Part shown: one piece after another, positions 10,501 to 18,187 of the stretch | Layout: every line of letters begins with the position of its first letter | Position numbering within the stretch: the first letter of the stretch is position 1 | IMG/VR virus record: IMGVR_UViG_3300028293_000003 | Coordinates: 1 to 32,619 of that record | Reading direction: 5' to 3' (one strand) | DNA length: 32,619 bases | Source: a virus | Lineage: Duplodnaviria; Caudoviricetes | The notes under the pieces: model-generated | Database searches by the model: none | Told to the model about the DNA's origin: nothing | Seen by the model: only the letters and a program-made list of their open reading frames with translations | Program-made: the position numbers and the translations under genes

Positions 10501-10992
10501 GGCGGTTCTGGCGCATATGGAGAATTTTGGGAAGCTGCAACTAGCAGAGCATATGCTGTTGGAGCTGGTGGAAGCACAGGAACTACTGGAACAGGTCAAA
10601 CAGGTGGTACAACATCTTTTGGTACAGCCGGGGCTCAAATGAGTTTAGCTGGAGGTGTTGGTGGTGTAGCAGGGACTTCAAGTGCTGCCAGTGGAACAGT
10701 GAATGGTGGTAACGGTGGTGCTGCAACAACTGCTACAGTTGGTATAGCTGGAGGCAAAGGTGGTTGTGCTTGGTTCTATACGGCTGGTGGTGGTATTTCA
10801 GGATTTGGGGCTAACTCGCCTTTAGGAGCTGGAGGTCCTTGTCAAGGTCTAGTAGGCTCAGCAAGTATTAGTGGTTTAGCTGCCACAGGATATGGTTCTG
10901 GTGGAGGAGGCGCTATTGCTTCAGGTAACTCATCATCGGGTAATGGTGGGGCTGGCGCTTCAGGAATAATAATAATTACAGAATATCATTAA
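7579..10992 (+). CDS. Long Thr/Gly/Ser-rich tail fibre with internal repeats and C-terminal glycine-rich domain (start GTG 7579 or ATG 7582)
   Basis: Repeated 'L..ANGGTG'/'RGGTG' shaft motifs, two nested repeat families, C-terminal 'QVFTSGSGTYTPT...GGG...G.SGIIIITEY'. Confidence 0.8.
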   Translation: MMVNTIKFSEFANGGDLSNDKITVGLDSGLTVNTRYNNPWTFLAPGTTGDRPAPDPSIYYRLRVNTTLQVYEYYDPITAMWVELSGSGTGTVNPGTTNSVAYYASNGTTVSPTNSVNNAVLVTDNTGLPSFNTTLPAGLIIPGYEPTITPQPLTKTNDTNVTLTLGGTPATSLLQPVSLTLGWTGQLGISRGGTGVSSVTTSPTATAFAGWDSHKNFSANSFIVGYTTTATSGGTTTLTVDDTQQQYFTGSTTHTLVLPVVSTLVLGQTFLVVNNSTGDVTVQSSGLNDIQIMSSNTNAIYTVISTSGTTAASWDTNYTFDAVGVTSITGTANQVIASAPVGNVILSLPQSIATTSSPTFSNLTLSNPLGVADGGTGLSTITAQQLLYGQSTGIIGQLSSGNNSILVTDGSGNPFFSTTLPSGISITGHPLTKVDDTNVTLTLGGNPSTALLQATSITAGWTGTLSGARGGTGVANTGLTIDLSSATAGYVLTADAFGNATWQIASGTGSVTTIDGDTGSATPTLGVVTISGAGTGLTTSGSGSTLSLGGVLSLANGGTNHNLLANAGGIVWSDASKLNILAGTSTANQLLLSGNAATPVWSTSTYPTTNAINTLLYASSANTMAALATAIDGVLITSHTGVPSWLANSGTPGFVLTANSGAPPSWQSASASGAITTINGDSGSATPTAGAVTVSGGTTGLTTSGSSSTLNLTGTLKLINGGTNAALTASNGGIFYSTATAGAILSGTATANQVLLSGSSTAPAWSTATYPATTTINQVLYSSSANVIAGISSVNNAVMITSAGGVPSFATTLPSGLTIPGYQTTITPAALTKTDDTNITLTLGGTPASALLAATSITAGWTGTLAVSRGGIGSGSATAYAVICGGTTSTGALQSVASVGTSGQVLTSNGAGALPTFQDPSAGSFTITTQVFTSGSGTYTPTAGTQYVWVRAVAGGGQGGGCTSATAQVNAGSGGGSGAYGEFWEAATSRAYAVGAGGSTGTTGTGQTGGTTSFGTAGAQMSLAGGVGGVAGTSSAASGTVNGGNGGAATTATVGIAGGKGGCAWFYTAGGGISGFGANSPLGAGGPCQGLVGSASISGLAATGYGSGGGGAIASGNSSSGNGGAGASGIIIITEYH

Positions 10993-11008
10993 TTTTTAAG
11001 GACAAATA

Positions 11009-11608
11009 ATGGCTATAAATTCAATAACTGGATTCTTAATAAATAAGAATGAAAGCTTTACATCATGTGTTAGCGCTATAGAAACGACTGATAGCTTAAG
11101 CACTGCTTTGTCCACTGGATATTTAAATGGCGATTCATCTGGTGTATTAGCAAATAATCAGGATGCAATAGTTGTCACGACTGACGGAACATTTAAATTA
11201 AAAGTTATTTTTTCTGGTGACGATCAAAATCTGCAATTACCTTTAAATCCTCCTTTATCTTCAGCTACGCCTACTTTTTCAAGCGCCACAACAGCGACAA
11301 TCCTATCATCTACTCAAGACGCATTGGTATCATACAGTTTTGATGTTACTGTAAGTATTTCCATATTATCAGGGCAATCTATTACAGCTACTTTAAATTA
11401 TGCTGATGATTCAAATATGAGTACTAATCCTGTAACTGTAGATTCGATGATGATTTCAAATTCAGGAGTTGTGGGGCTAGACCAAACTATTTCTTTAAAA
11501 CTGTCTGGCATTGTACCAAGAGGAAAATATCGTAAAGTTACATTTGCTGTTACAGGAAGTGCGACAGCTCCATCTTCTATAAAAGCTGGACAAGAGGTAT
11601 TATTATAA
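11009..11608 (+). CDS. Probable virion appendage/decoration protein
   Basis: Ser/Thr-rich beta protein whose N-terminus resembles that of 13346..14170. Confidence 0.5.
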   Translation: MAINSITGFLINKNESFTSCVSAIETTDSLSTALSTGYLNGDSSGVLANNQDAIVVTTDGTFKLKVIFSGDDQNLQLPLNPPLSSATPTFSSATTATILSSTQDALVSYSFDVTVSISILSGQSITATLNYADDSNMSTNPVTVDSMMISNSGVVGLDQTISLKLSGIVPRGKYRKVTFAVTGSATAPSSIKAGQEVLL

Positions 11609-11631
11609 AGTTAATTTATGGAGAGATTCAG

Positions 11632-12360
11632 TTGAGAAATTATTTATTTGGTCTATTTTTAGTATCTAATATTGCATGCCCTGGTATTTTTTTATCACCT
11701 TTAGAAGAAGATAATACTGCTAATTTCAATGATGCAGTAAAAAGTGCATGCAGTAGTTTAGCTTCTAGAACAATAAATTTTTCTCATGGGAACTTCATAT
11801 TTAAATCTGCTCCCGATCCAATTCCTTGTGCTATTAATATAATGGGTGATGGCATAGGCTCTACTACATTAATTAGGCAATATAATGGACAAACATTTTT
11901 AAAATGGACCAGAGGTATTGATCATAGTGGTGGATCAATAAAGAACTTAACCATTCTTGCTGGTTCGGGAACAAACAAAGGTATTGCTATATTAATAGAA
12001 GCTATTGCAGATAAGACAAATAAAGAAAACTCTTATAATCGTCATTCCTTTTTTATCGACAACATAATTGTTGGTAGAGAAAGCACTACAAATACATCTT
12101 GGGACTTCGGGCTTTATTTAGATGGTTCCAAAAACTTAGATGGTAATGTTAATTCGGCTCCTGGCATTAGAGCAATTTTTGTTGACCATTCGACATTTGG
12201 GGGAACTAATATCTCCAATGTTTATGTTAATACAGGCCGAGGGATTGATTTACATATTGAATGTTATACACCTTTAAATGGCTCAAAAGCTTCTGTAAAG
12301 ATGAATAAAGCAACACAATCTGTATTGTTAAATTCTAGGAATTGTGAATTAATGGGTTGA
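11632..12360 (+). CDS. Pectate-lyase-like beta-helix protein with N-terminal hydrophobic leader
   Basis: GGAG SD + TTG; 'DNTANFNDAV...TINFSHGNFIF...INIMGDGIGSTTL' matches the N-terminal pattern of Pectate_lyase_3-type beta-helices. Confidence 0.6.
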   Translation: MRNYLFGLFLVSNIACPGIFLSPLEEDNTANFNDAVKSACSSLASRTINFSHGNFIFKSAPDPIPCAINIMGDGIGSTTLIRQYNGQTFLKWTRGIDHSGGSIKNLTILAGSGTNKGIAILIEAIADKTNKENSYNRHSFFIDNIIVGRESTTNTSWDFGLYLDGSKNLDGNVNSAPGIRAIFVDHSTFGGTNISNVYVNTGRGIDLHIECYTPLNGSKASVKMNKATQSVLLNSRNCELMG

Positions 12361-12385
12361 CACAATAATTCTACAAGTTCACTAT
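12357..12385 (+). promoter_or_regulatory. Possible sigma70 promoter TTGACA-17-CACTAT
   Basis: Perfect -35, weak -10, upstream of the small-gene cluster. Confidence 0.4.
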
Positions 12386-12416
12386 AAATATTTCAAAATA
12401 AAAATGGAGGAAAGTT

Positions 12417-12629
12417 GTGGATACAAAGGAACTGTTACAAAGAATTACTACTATTACCGAAGAAATGACAAATCTTAGAGTTTCTTATTCTAAGTTAGAA
12501 GGTCATTTAGCTGAGGCTAAATTTTGGCTTGCACAAGGTGGAGCATCTGAAGAATCTAAAAATGAGACAGAGAATGAATCTATAGGAGAAAAGCAAAATG
12601 GCGAAGCTGACAACGAAGCGAAGGGATAA
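12417..12629 (+). CDS. Small coiled-coil protein with acidic tail
   Basis: GGAGG SD, GTG start, heptad pattern; possibly a fibre chaperone (inference). Confidence 0.55.
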   Translation: MDTKELLQRITTITEEMTNLRVSYSKLEGHLAEAKFWLAQGGASEESKNETENESIGEKQNGEADNEAKG

Positions 12630-12825
12630 GTTGCCTAAAAGTGAGTTTGCTTTAGAAGGATCTAGAAAATATCCTATAGATACAAAAGCCCGCGCAATCA
12701 ATGCAAAGGCAAGAGCAACGCAGATGGAAGAAAAAGGGAAGTTGAGTAAGAGCGCCAAAGCAGAAATTGATGCTCGGGCAAATAAGGTGATAGGAAAATC
12801 TAAGGATGGGAGCAAGAAAAGATGA
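12598..12825 (+). CDS. Small basic protein, DUF6582-like
   Basis: AGGAG SD; 'MAKLTTKRRDKLPKSEFAL...RKYPIDTKARAINAKAR' matches the family pattern as I recall it. Confidence 0.7.
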   Translation: MAKLTTKRRDKLPKSEFALEGSRKYPIDTKARAINAKARATQMEEKGKLSKSAKAEIDARANKVIGKSKDGSKKR

Positions 12826-13010
12826 GTTTATTGTCAAGTTTTATCAGAAACAATCTAATCAAAGCAATAGAAGCAGAATTAGTTGAAGCTGCACCTCATT
12901 TACAAGAAATTGCAATTCAAGAATTGAGGGCTTTTGCAGATGAAATTATCCAATGGACTGAATCTAAATTACAATTAGATTTAAATCATGATAGCAAAAT
13001 AGGGAGCTAA
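12822..13010 (+). CDS. Small amphipathic helical protein
   Basis: ATGA overlap with the upstream gene, GGGAG SD; no transmembrane segment. Confidence 0.6.
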   Translation: MSLLSSFIRNNLIKAIEAELVEAAPHLQEIAIQELRAFADEIIQWTESKLQLDLNHDSKIGS

Positions 13011-13012
13011 AA

Positions 13013-13102
13013 ATGAAAAAAGAAAAAAAAGAAGATAGGAAAGAAGAAAAAAAAGAAATGAAGAAGCCCGCTAAAAAAGCTATGAAGAAAGGCTGCTACT
13101 AA
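13013..13102 (+). CDS. 29-aa Lys/Glu-rich peptide MKKEKKEDRKEEKKEMKKPAKKAMKKGCY (not in ORF track)
   Basis: AGGGAG SD; fills the gap between two genes; the next gene's SD follows its stop. Confidence 0.65.
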   Translation: MKKEKKEDRKEEKKEMKKPAKKAMKKGCY

Positions 13103-13114
13103 TAGGAGATTGTC

Positions 13115-13333
13115 ATGGCTTACAATAATGCTCCTGTAAAAAGGAATGATGAAGATGGAAGCCGAAGGACTAGTCCTACTGATTACGATCGGGATATTGA
13201 TAATGCTAGGATGGCGCGCAATAATCAATTAAAAGATTCAGACCCGATGATTGAAAAAGAGGGCTTCTTAGGTGTAGATGATTTGGACAAAATAAGACGT
13301 AGGAAGTTAATTAGACCAAACAATATATTATAA
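13115..13333 (+). CDS. Hypothetical charged protein
   Basis: AGGAG SD, in operon context. Confidence 0.6.
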   Translation: MAYNNAPVKRNDEDGSRRTSPTDYDRDIDNARMARNNQLKDSDPMIEKEGFLGVDDLDKIRRRKLIRPNNIL

Positions 13334-13345
13334 GGAGATTGGTTC

Positions 13346-14170
13346 ATGGCTATTACAAGTATTTTAAGAAACTTTGATGGTGATCCAAATATAGTTTCTA
13401 TTGTTACAAGTGATGATTTGGCAGCTATTACAACAGCTGGTTATTGGTCAGCTCAATCAGCAAATGTAGAATTGCTTAACAATGGTGTTTTCCAATGGGC
13501 TGATACTGATATCGTTTTAATATCTTATGCGCCTGATTTCTTAGTAAACTGGTTCGTATATGATGTTGCTACAGATACTTTTGTTGCAAACCCTGCTGCT
13601 GGCGGTTTAAGTAACAGTCTTCCAAGTGGCGACATTTTTGTTGGTAATGCTTCTAATATTGCTACAGGCGTTGCGATGTCTGGTGATGCTACCATTGATA
13701 ATGCTGGTGCTGTAACAATTGCTAATGCTGCTGTAACTAGTGCTAAAACTGATGCGACTTTAATCCAATATGCTGAAGTAGACTTTACTGCTGCGCAATG
13801 GAATGGTATGTATGCAACTCCACGGCAATTAGTAGGTGCCCCTGGCGCGAATAAAGTTATTGTCATTGATAAAATTGTTTTAGACATGACTTTTGTTTCT
13901 GCCCAGTATGCTGCTGGTGGTGTTGTTGCTGCTCAATATGATTCTACTGCACATGGCGCTGGGGCTCCTGCTTCTGCTACGATTGCCGCTGCTACTATTA
14001 ACGGATATGCTGCTAGTACTGGCATTATGGTTGATGGCGCTATGGATTCTGTTCTATTCACTGATATGGTTAATAAAGGTGTTTACCTTTCTAACCAAAC
14101 AGCTGCATTTACAACAGGTGACAGTACTTGGAAAATTCAAGTATGGTATAGAATCGTTGCTACAGCTTAA
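13346..14170 (+). CDS. Probable abundant virion decoration/head-fibre protein
   Basis: AAGGAG SD; Ala-rich with strong GCT/GGT codon use like the coat gene; 'GDIFVGNASN...MSGDATIDNAGAVTIANAAVT' fibre-like segment; followed by a terminator. Confidence 0.6.
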   Translation: MAITSILRNFDGDPNIVSIVTSDDLAAITTAGYWSAQSANVELLNNGVFQWADTDIVLISYAPDFLVNWFVYDVATDTFVANPAAGGLSNSLPSGDIFVGNASNIATGVAMSGDATIDNAGAVTIANAAVTSAKTDATLIQYAEVDFTAAQWNGMYATPRQLVGAPGANKVIVIDKIVLDMTFVSAQYAAGGVVAAQYDSTAHGAGAPASATIAAATINGYAASTGIMVDGAMDSVLFTDMVNKGVYLSNQTAAFTTGDSTWKIQVWYRIVATA

Positions 14171-14181
14171 TAATAAATTAT

Positions 14182-14205
14182 ACCGCCTTCGGGCGGTTAA
14201 TTTTT
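14182..14205 (+). terminator. Intrinsic terminator
   Basis: ACCGCC-TTCG-GGCGGT (cUUCGg tetraloop) followed by TAATTTTT. Confidence 0.8.
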
Positions 14206-14218
14206 ACTGGAGAATGTC

Positions 14219-14359
14219 ATGCCATTAGTCAAAGGTAAAAAAGCTTCTACGCGAGCAGGATTTTCAGAAAATATAAGAAGAGAAATGCGAGAAGGTAAAA
14301 AACAATCTCAAGCTGTAGCTATTGCTTACAGTGAAGCTGAAAAAGGTAAAAAAAAGTGA
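14219..14359 (+). CDS. 46-aa basic protein MPLVKGKKASTRAGFSENIRREMREGKKQSQAVAIAYSEAEKGKKK (not in ORF track)
   Basis: GGAG SD; matches a widespread small phage protein pattern 'MPL.KG.....S.NI..E...GK.Q.QAVAIA.S.A'. Confidence 0.8.
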   Translation: MPLVKGKKASTRAGFSENIRREMREGKKQSQAVAIAYSEAEKGKKK

Positions 14360-14390
14360 TATGATACAAGCTATAGATTTAAGGGCTTGT

Positions 14391-14879
14391 ATGATAAAAG
14401 AAAGAAAAGGCATTAATATAAATTGTTCTGCTTGTGGAATAGAATTTTATGTCCCGAGATATAGAATAAATTCAGCAAAATTTTGTAGTCATGAATGTCA
14501 AAATCACAAGCAATATGACAAGCATATATTTAATTGCAAGTCTTGCGGCAAAGAAGTCATAACGTCTCCTTCTAGAAAAATTGTTTCGAAAAAATTCTGT
14601 TCTCTAGATTGCAGAGAAGTAAATTGTAAAAATGTTATCGAAAGAAGAAAACTTTCAAAAGCTCTTACTAGATTAAAGAGAGGCTCAAAAAGCAATCGTT
14701 CATTAAGAAGAAATGTCTTTTTAATAAAAGATAAAATCTGTGAAAAATGTGGATATCATGAATATGATTTTTGTTTAGATATACATCATATAGATAATGA
14801 TCCCACAAATAATGAATTAGATAATTTATCTATATTATGTTGTATTTGTCACAGAGTTTTGCATAAGAAAGGACTATAA
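14391..14879 (+). CDS. HNH endonuclease with tandem Cys-rich zinc-finger repeats (probable free-standing homing endonuclease; start 14391 or 14361 rather than 14322)
   Basis: Two CxxC...KFCSxxC repeats, then 'CEKCG...LDIHHIDNDPTNNELDNLSILCCICHRVLH'. Confidence 0.85.
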   Translation: MIKERKGININCSACGIEFYVPRYRINSAKFCSHECQNHKQYDKHIFNCKSCGKEVITSPSRKIVSKKFCSLDCREVNCKNVIERRKLSKALTRLKRGSKSNRSLRRNVFLIKDKICEKCGYHEYDFCLDIHHIDNDPTNNELDNLSILCCICHRVLHKKGL

Positions 14880-15317
14880 ATGAGTATTGATATAGATTCA
14901 GTAAAGGCATGGATTAAAAAATGTGAAGGTTTTAAAGATATGCCTTATTTAGATTCAGTTAGAAAATTAACAATAGGATTTGGCAGAAACCTTCAAGATA
15001 ATGGTATATCAATTGAAGAAGCAGATTATATGCTTTCTAATGACATAAATCGTTCAATTAAAGAACTTGAGCAATATAGCTGGTATTTGATGCAGCCAGA
15101 TTCAGTCAAAGCCGCACTCATTAATATGAATTTCAATTTAGGATTATCGCGTCTACTTACTTTTAGGAAAATGATTGATGCTTTAATTAATAGAAATTAT
15201 ACCATTGCTTCTAAAGAAGCATTAGAGAGTGATTGGTCTAAACAAGTAGGTGATAGAGCTAAGGATGTAGCTTTAATGATTCGCGAGGGAAGCGATGCTG
15301 AGACCGGAAGAAATTGA
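14880..15317 (+). CDS. Lysozyme/endolysin, T4-type GH24
   Basis: Catalytic E-x8-D-x5-T (CEGFKDMPYLDSVRKLTIGFG), 'LINMNFNLG', 'SDWSKQVGDRA'. Confidence 0.9.
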   Translation: MSIDIDSVKAWIKKCEGFKDMPYLDSVRKLTIGFGRNLQDNGISIEEADYMLSNDINRSIKELEQYSWYLMQPDSVKAALINMNFNLGLSRLLTFRKMIDALINRNYTIASKEALESDWSKQVGDRAKDVALMIREGSDAETGRN

Positions 15318-15654
15318 TCACATTAATACAGTAAATTGGTTTGAACATAATTTTCCTCATCTAGCTGACGACTTCCATCATTTTGCAAATGAGCGCAAAT
15401 GTACGGTTATGGAAGGAAGAAAGCTTAAGCGAATGGGAGTCAAAAAAGGTGTTCTTGATTTCCATTTGGCTTTACCTTGCGGAGGTTATCATGGCCTTTG
15501 GGTTGAATTGAAAGTTGGGAAAGGAAAATTATTGCCAGAACAAGTGGAATTTATTTCCCGTAAGAATGAGCGAGGATATCTCGCTGTTGCTGTTTGGGGT
15601 TTTGATGCTGCAAAAAAAGTCATAAAGACCTATTTAGATAAGTCGCCAACTTGA
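15295..15654 (+). CDS. VRR-NUC domain nuclease
   Basis: 'HFANE...KRMGVKKGVLDF...GLWVELK...LLPEQVEF...GY' is the VRR-NUC pattern. Confidence 0.9.
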   Translation: MLRPEEIDHINTVNWFEHNFPHLADDFHHFANERKCTVMEGRKLKRMGVKKGVLDFHLALPCGGYHGLWVELKVGKGKLLPEQVEFISRKNERGYLAVAVWGFDAAKKVIKTYLDKSPT

Positions 15655-15863
15655 GATTCTGTGATTCCTTTTCCGCAATTCTGACATCTAACAGCATTTC
15701 CATGCGGACTAAGGTAAAAATGATCACAATAGTTATTAATCATTGATTCAATTCTTCCAAGCAGTTCCTCATGATGCAATTGAGCAATTGTTGGCCTATC
15801 TACCACATAGGCCTTTCCCCATTCATATATATCAAATAAATCTTCAGCTGTTAAAGTTTCCAT
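15630..15863 (-). CDS. Hypothetical protein with C-terminal C/H...CxxC
   Basis: AAGGA SD; last gene of the leftward operon; 'IESMINNYCDH...RCQNCG'. Confidence 0.6.
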   Translation of the reverse strand: METLTAEDLFDIYEWGKAYVVDRPTIAQLHHEELLGRIESMINNYCDHFYLSPHGNAVRCQNCGKGITESQVGDLSK

Positions 15864-15864
15864 A

Positions 15865-16047
15865 TTATTTCAAAGGACACCAATTGGGGATTTTTTCAAA
15901 ATCTTTATGAATATCTGCCGCAATAAAACTATCTAATCCAGGTTTTGCCCTATCATGTTTGCAGACATAAAAGCTATCTGATGTCTCTTTAACCTGATGC
16001 GCCATCGGACAATCTCTGCAATCTGTTACATCAATTTCACATTTCAT
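15865..16047 (-). CDS. Small Cys-rich protein (CxxCP...C...PxWCPL)
   Basis: AGGAGAG SD; common small phage protein pattern. Confidence 0.7.
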   Translation of the reverse strand: MKCEIDVTDCRDCPMAHQVKETSDSFYVCKHDRAKPGLDSFIAADIHKDFEKIPNWCPLK

Positions 16048-16063
16048 CTAACTCTCCTATTTA

Positions 16064-17806
16064 TTAAGCTACACAATAATTATCTTTCTCATTAAATACT
16101 TTCTTTTTAATTTTGTAATACTCACCTTCTTTAACAACAAAGATAGAATCAGGTGTATTTACATAATTTAGCATATCAACCATTTTCCCGCGATCGTCAA
16201 TATGGTTATACCAATTAGATGATTTATTACAATGTTTTTTTATAAATTGACCATAGAACACACGCTTAGCTTTGTCACTAGAAGGCGTGTAGTTTTCATA
16301 GACGACAATATTCTTTCCTTTTTTATCTATGCATTGATACATACAGTTGATTCTGAAATTCGAGCTCGTAGCACAATTAGAAACGCCATACTTCGCCGCT
16401 AAAACAGAAAGCTCATATAAATCTTCTATCCCATTAATCTTCTTCATGGAAAGTTTGGAATTTGGATCTATTAATTCTGCTTGACAAGCATGGCAATGCC
16501 TGGCTGCAATATCATTTTTTTCATTACACGTTGAATTAAGACATTCCTTGAATTCGAAAAAGTAATCACATCGAATATTATTTTGCATTCCAATACATCT
16601 CCTTGCTGTATCAGTATTATTTTGCATGCATTTAGGACAGATTATTGGCTTTGGTTTTTCTTTATCCTCTGTTTGTACTAGGGCTTTTAGTAAAATTGGA
16701 TTGTCCCAATGGCTGTGGCGCTCTATATTGCCCGCAAAATCCAATACAAGCGCCTCTGTCTTGTTTGTAGAGGGAGATAGCCTTAATGCCCTACCCAAAG
16801 TCTGAACGAGCAATACAAGGCTTTCTGTGGGCCTTAGATAAGCTATAGTGTCAAATGGAGGAACATCAACGCCAACACTAATAATAGCAATATTAACGAT
16901 ATACCGAATATTTCCTTGTCTGGCTCCATTTAGAATCCTTTCTCGCTCTTCTTGTGGGGTTTCTCCGAGAATTAAACCACTTTCATTCTCAGGAAGGTGA
17001 CTCAAAATCTCTAATGCATGTTTTTTAGTGGTTGCAAAAATGAACACTCCAAATCTAGATTGAGATTCCATGATATGAATAAGTTGTTTGCATATTAGCT
17101 CAGTTAGCCGAGCGTTCTCTGAAACAACTACCTCCAATTGCTTAGAATCGAACTGTCCATTTTGCTTTATTTTGACATTTGAGAAGTCAATTATATACTC
17201 TCTATCCACCTTAAAGTTAGGCTCCACGAGAAATCCTCTTTCGATGAGGTATTCGGTGGTAATATTGCCGACTTGTGTCTTGAACAAGCATCCTTCTCCG
17301 ACAATTCTTGAACCTTTGAAGCGATAATTAGTTCCAGTGGCCCCCAAGAGGCGCATATCGGGATATTGTTGTTTATAGTGCCGTAGGATGCGCATAAATC
17401 CAGTCCGATCATTAATATGGTTAATAGCGTGCGCTTCGTCGACAACGATGATATTGAAATGGACATTTGATATCTCCTCATTCTTATTTATTCCATTAAG
17501 AACTGATTGAGGCGTACCAAAAACAACAGGGGCGCTTACATCTTTACTTTTCAATGCAGCACAATAAATTGATGAATTTCCTCCTTGCTCTCTAAATGTA
17601 TCACAATTATTTCTAACAAGCTCTGCATTATTTACAAGGCATAATGCTCTCTTTCCTGCCGATTGCATAGAAAGCAATATTGATGCCAGCATTAGACTCT
17701 TTCCTGCTCCAACACTTGCTAATAACAAAACTGGTTCATCATTCTTTCGTAATGCTTCCCAGCATTCATTTACAGCTTCCTTTTGATATGGCCTGAGTTC
17801 TTTCAT
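16064..17806 (-). CDS. SF2 DEAH helicase, RadD/YejH-like, with zinc ribbon
   Basis: Q motif LRPYQ, Walker A VGAGKS, DEAH, TGT, QTLGRALR, 'VLDFAGNIERH', several CxxC. Confidence 0.92.
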   Translation of the reverse strand: MKELRPYQKEAVNECWEALRKNDEPVLLLASVGAGKSLMLASILLSMQSAGKRALCLVNNAELVRNNCDTFREQGGNSSIYCAALKSKDVSAPVVFGTPQSVLNGINKNEEISNVHFNIIVVDEAHAINHINDRTGFMRILRHYKQQYPDMRLLGATGTNYRFKGSRIVGEGCLFKTQVGNITTEYLIERGFLVEPNFKVDREYIIDFSNVKIKQNGQFDSKQLEVVVSENARLTELICKQLIHIMESQSRFGVFIFATTKKHALEILSHLPENESGLILGETPQEERERILNGARQGNIRYIVNIAIISVGVDVPPFDTIAYLRPTESLVLLVQTLGRALRLSPSTNKTEALVLDFAGNIERHSHWDNPILLKALVQTEDKEKPKPIICPKCMQNNTDTARRCIGMQNNIRCDYFFEFKECLNSTCNEKNDIAARHCHACQAELIDPNSKLSMKKINGIEDLYELSVLAAKYGVSNCATSSNFRINCMYQCIDKKGKNIVVYENYTPSSDKAKRVFYGQFIKKHCNKSSNWYNHIDDRGKMVDMLNYVNTPDSIFVVKEGEYYKIKKKVFNEKDNYCVA

Positions 17807-17828
17807 CGTTAAATCCTTTAACTTATTT

Positions 17829-18164
17829 TTATATACATGGATAATCAGGTAATGGCATCCAATGCGTAACTGCTATAGTTTTCGAAATAGTCTGGGTGCC
17901 ATTTGTCCACAATCCATACTCTCTATGGCCAGTCATAATGTCACGCTTGCCATTTGGATATACAGCAGCATACAAAACATCTTTAAAGTCATCCGGCATG
18001 ATTTCATCAACATCTATCCAACAATCCCCCGGTTTTTTTATATTAAGTGGCAAAATCTCAGTAAATTTGAATGTACAAAATTCTGAGCACATTGGATTTT
18101 CGAACCCATGTATTTCATCCCAATTTTGAGTTACATTGCAGCTAGGGCATGTTTTTTGTTTCAT
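17829..18164 (-). CDS. DUF551-domain protein with N-terminal Cys motif
   Basis: 'WIDVDEIMP...VL...VTHWMPLPDYP'. Confidence 0.8.
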   Translation of the reverse strand: MKQKTCPSCNVTQNWDEIHGFENPMCSEFCTFKFTEILPLNIKKPGDCWIDVDEIMPDDFKDVLYAAVYPNGKRDIMTGHREYGLWTNGTQTISKTIAVTHWMPLPDYPCI

Positions 18165-18187
18165 TTTAGCATCCTTGCAAAATAGAT

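Noticed and set aside
8745-10642. Antisense and alternative-frame ORFs inside the tail fibre (and similar shadows elsewhere, e.g. 1074..1439, 12507..12815, 13007..13228, 13525..13887, 21229..21510, 32437..32619)
   Set aside because: They overlap well-supported genes or structured gaps, and lack SDs and recognisable motifs.
5073-10992. Diversity-generating retroelement acting on the fibres
   Set aside because: No reverse transcriptase, and no near-identical TR/VR pair differing at adenines was seen.
13893-14228. Hydrophobic 111-aa ORF as a holin
   Set aside because: It is an out-of-frame shadow of a GCT-rich gene (giving Leu runs), has no SD and crosses a terminator.
14322-14360. ORF-track start of the HNH gene
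   Set aside because: It lies inside the better-supported 46-aa gene; ATG 14391 or 14361 is more plausible.
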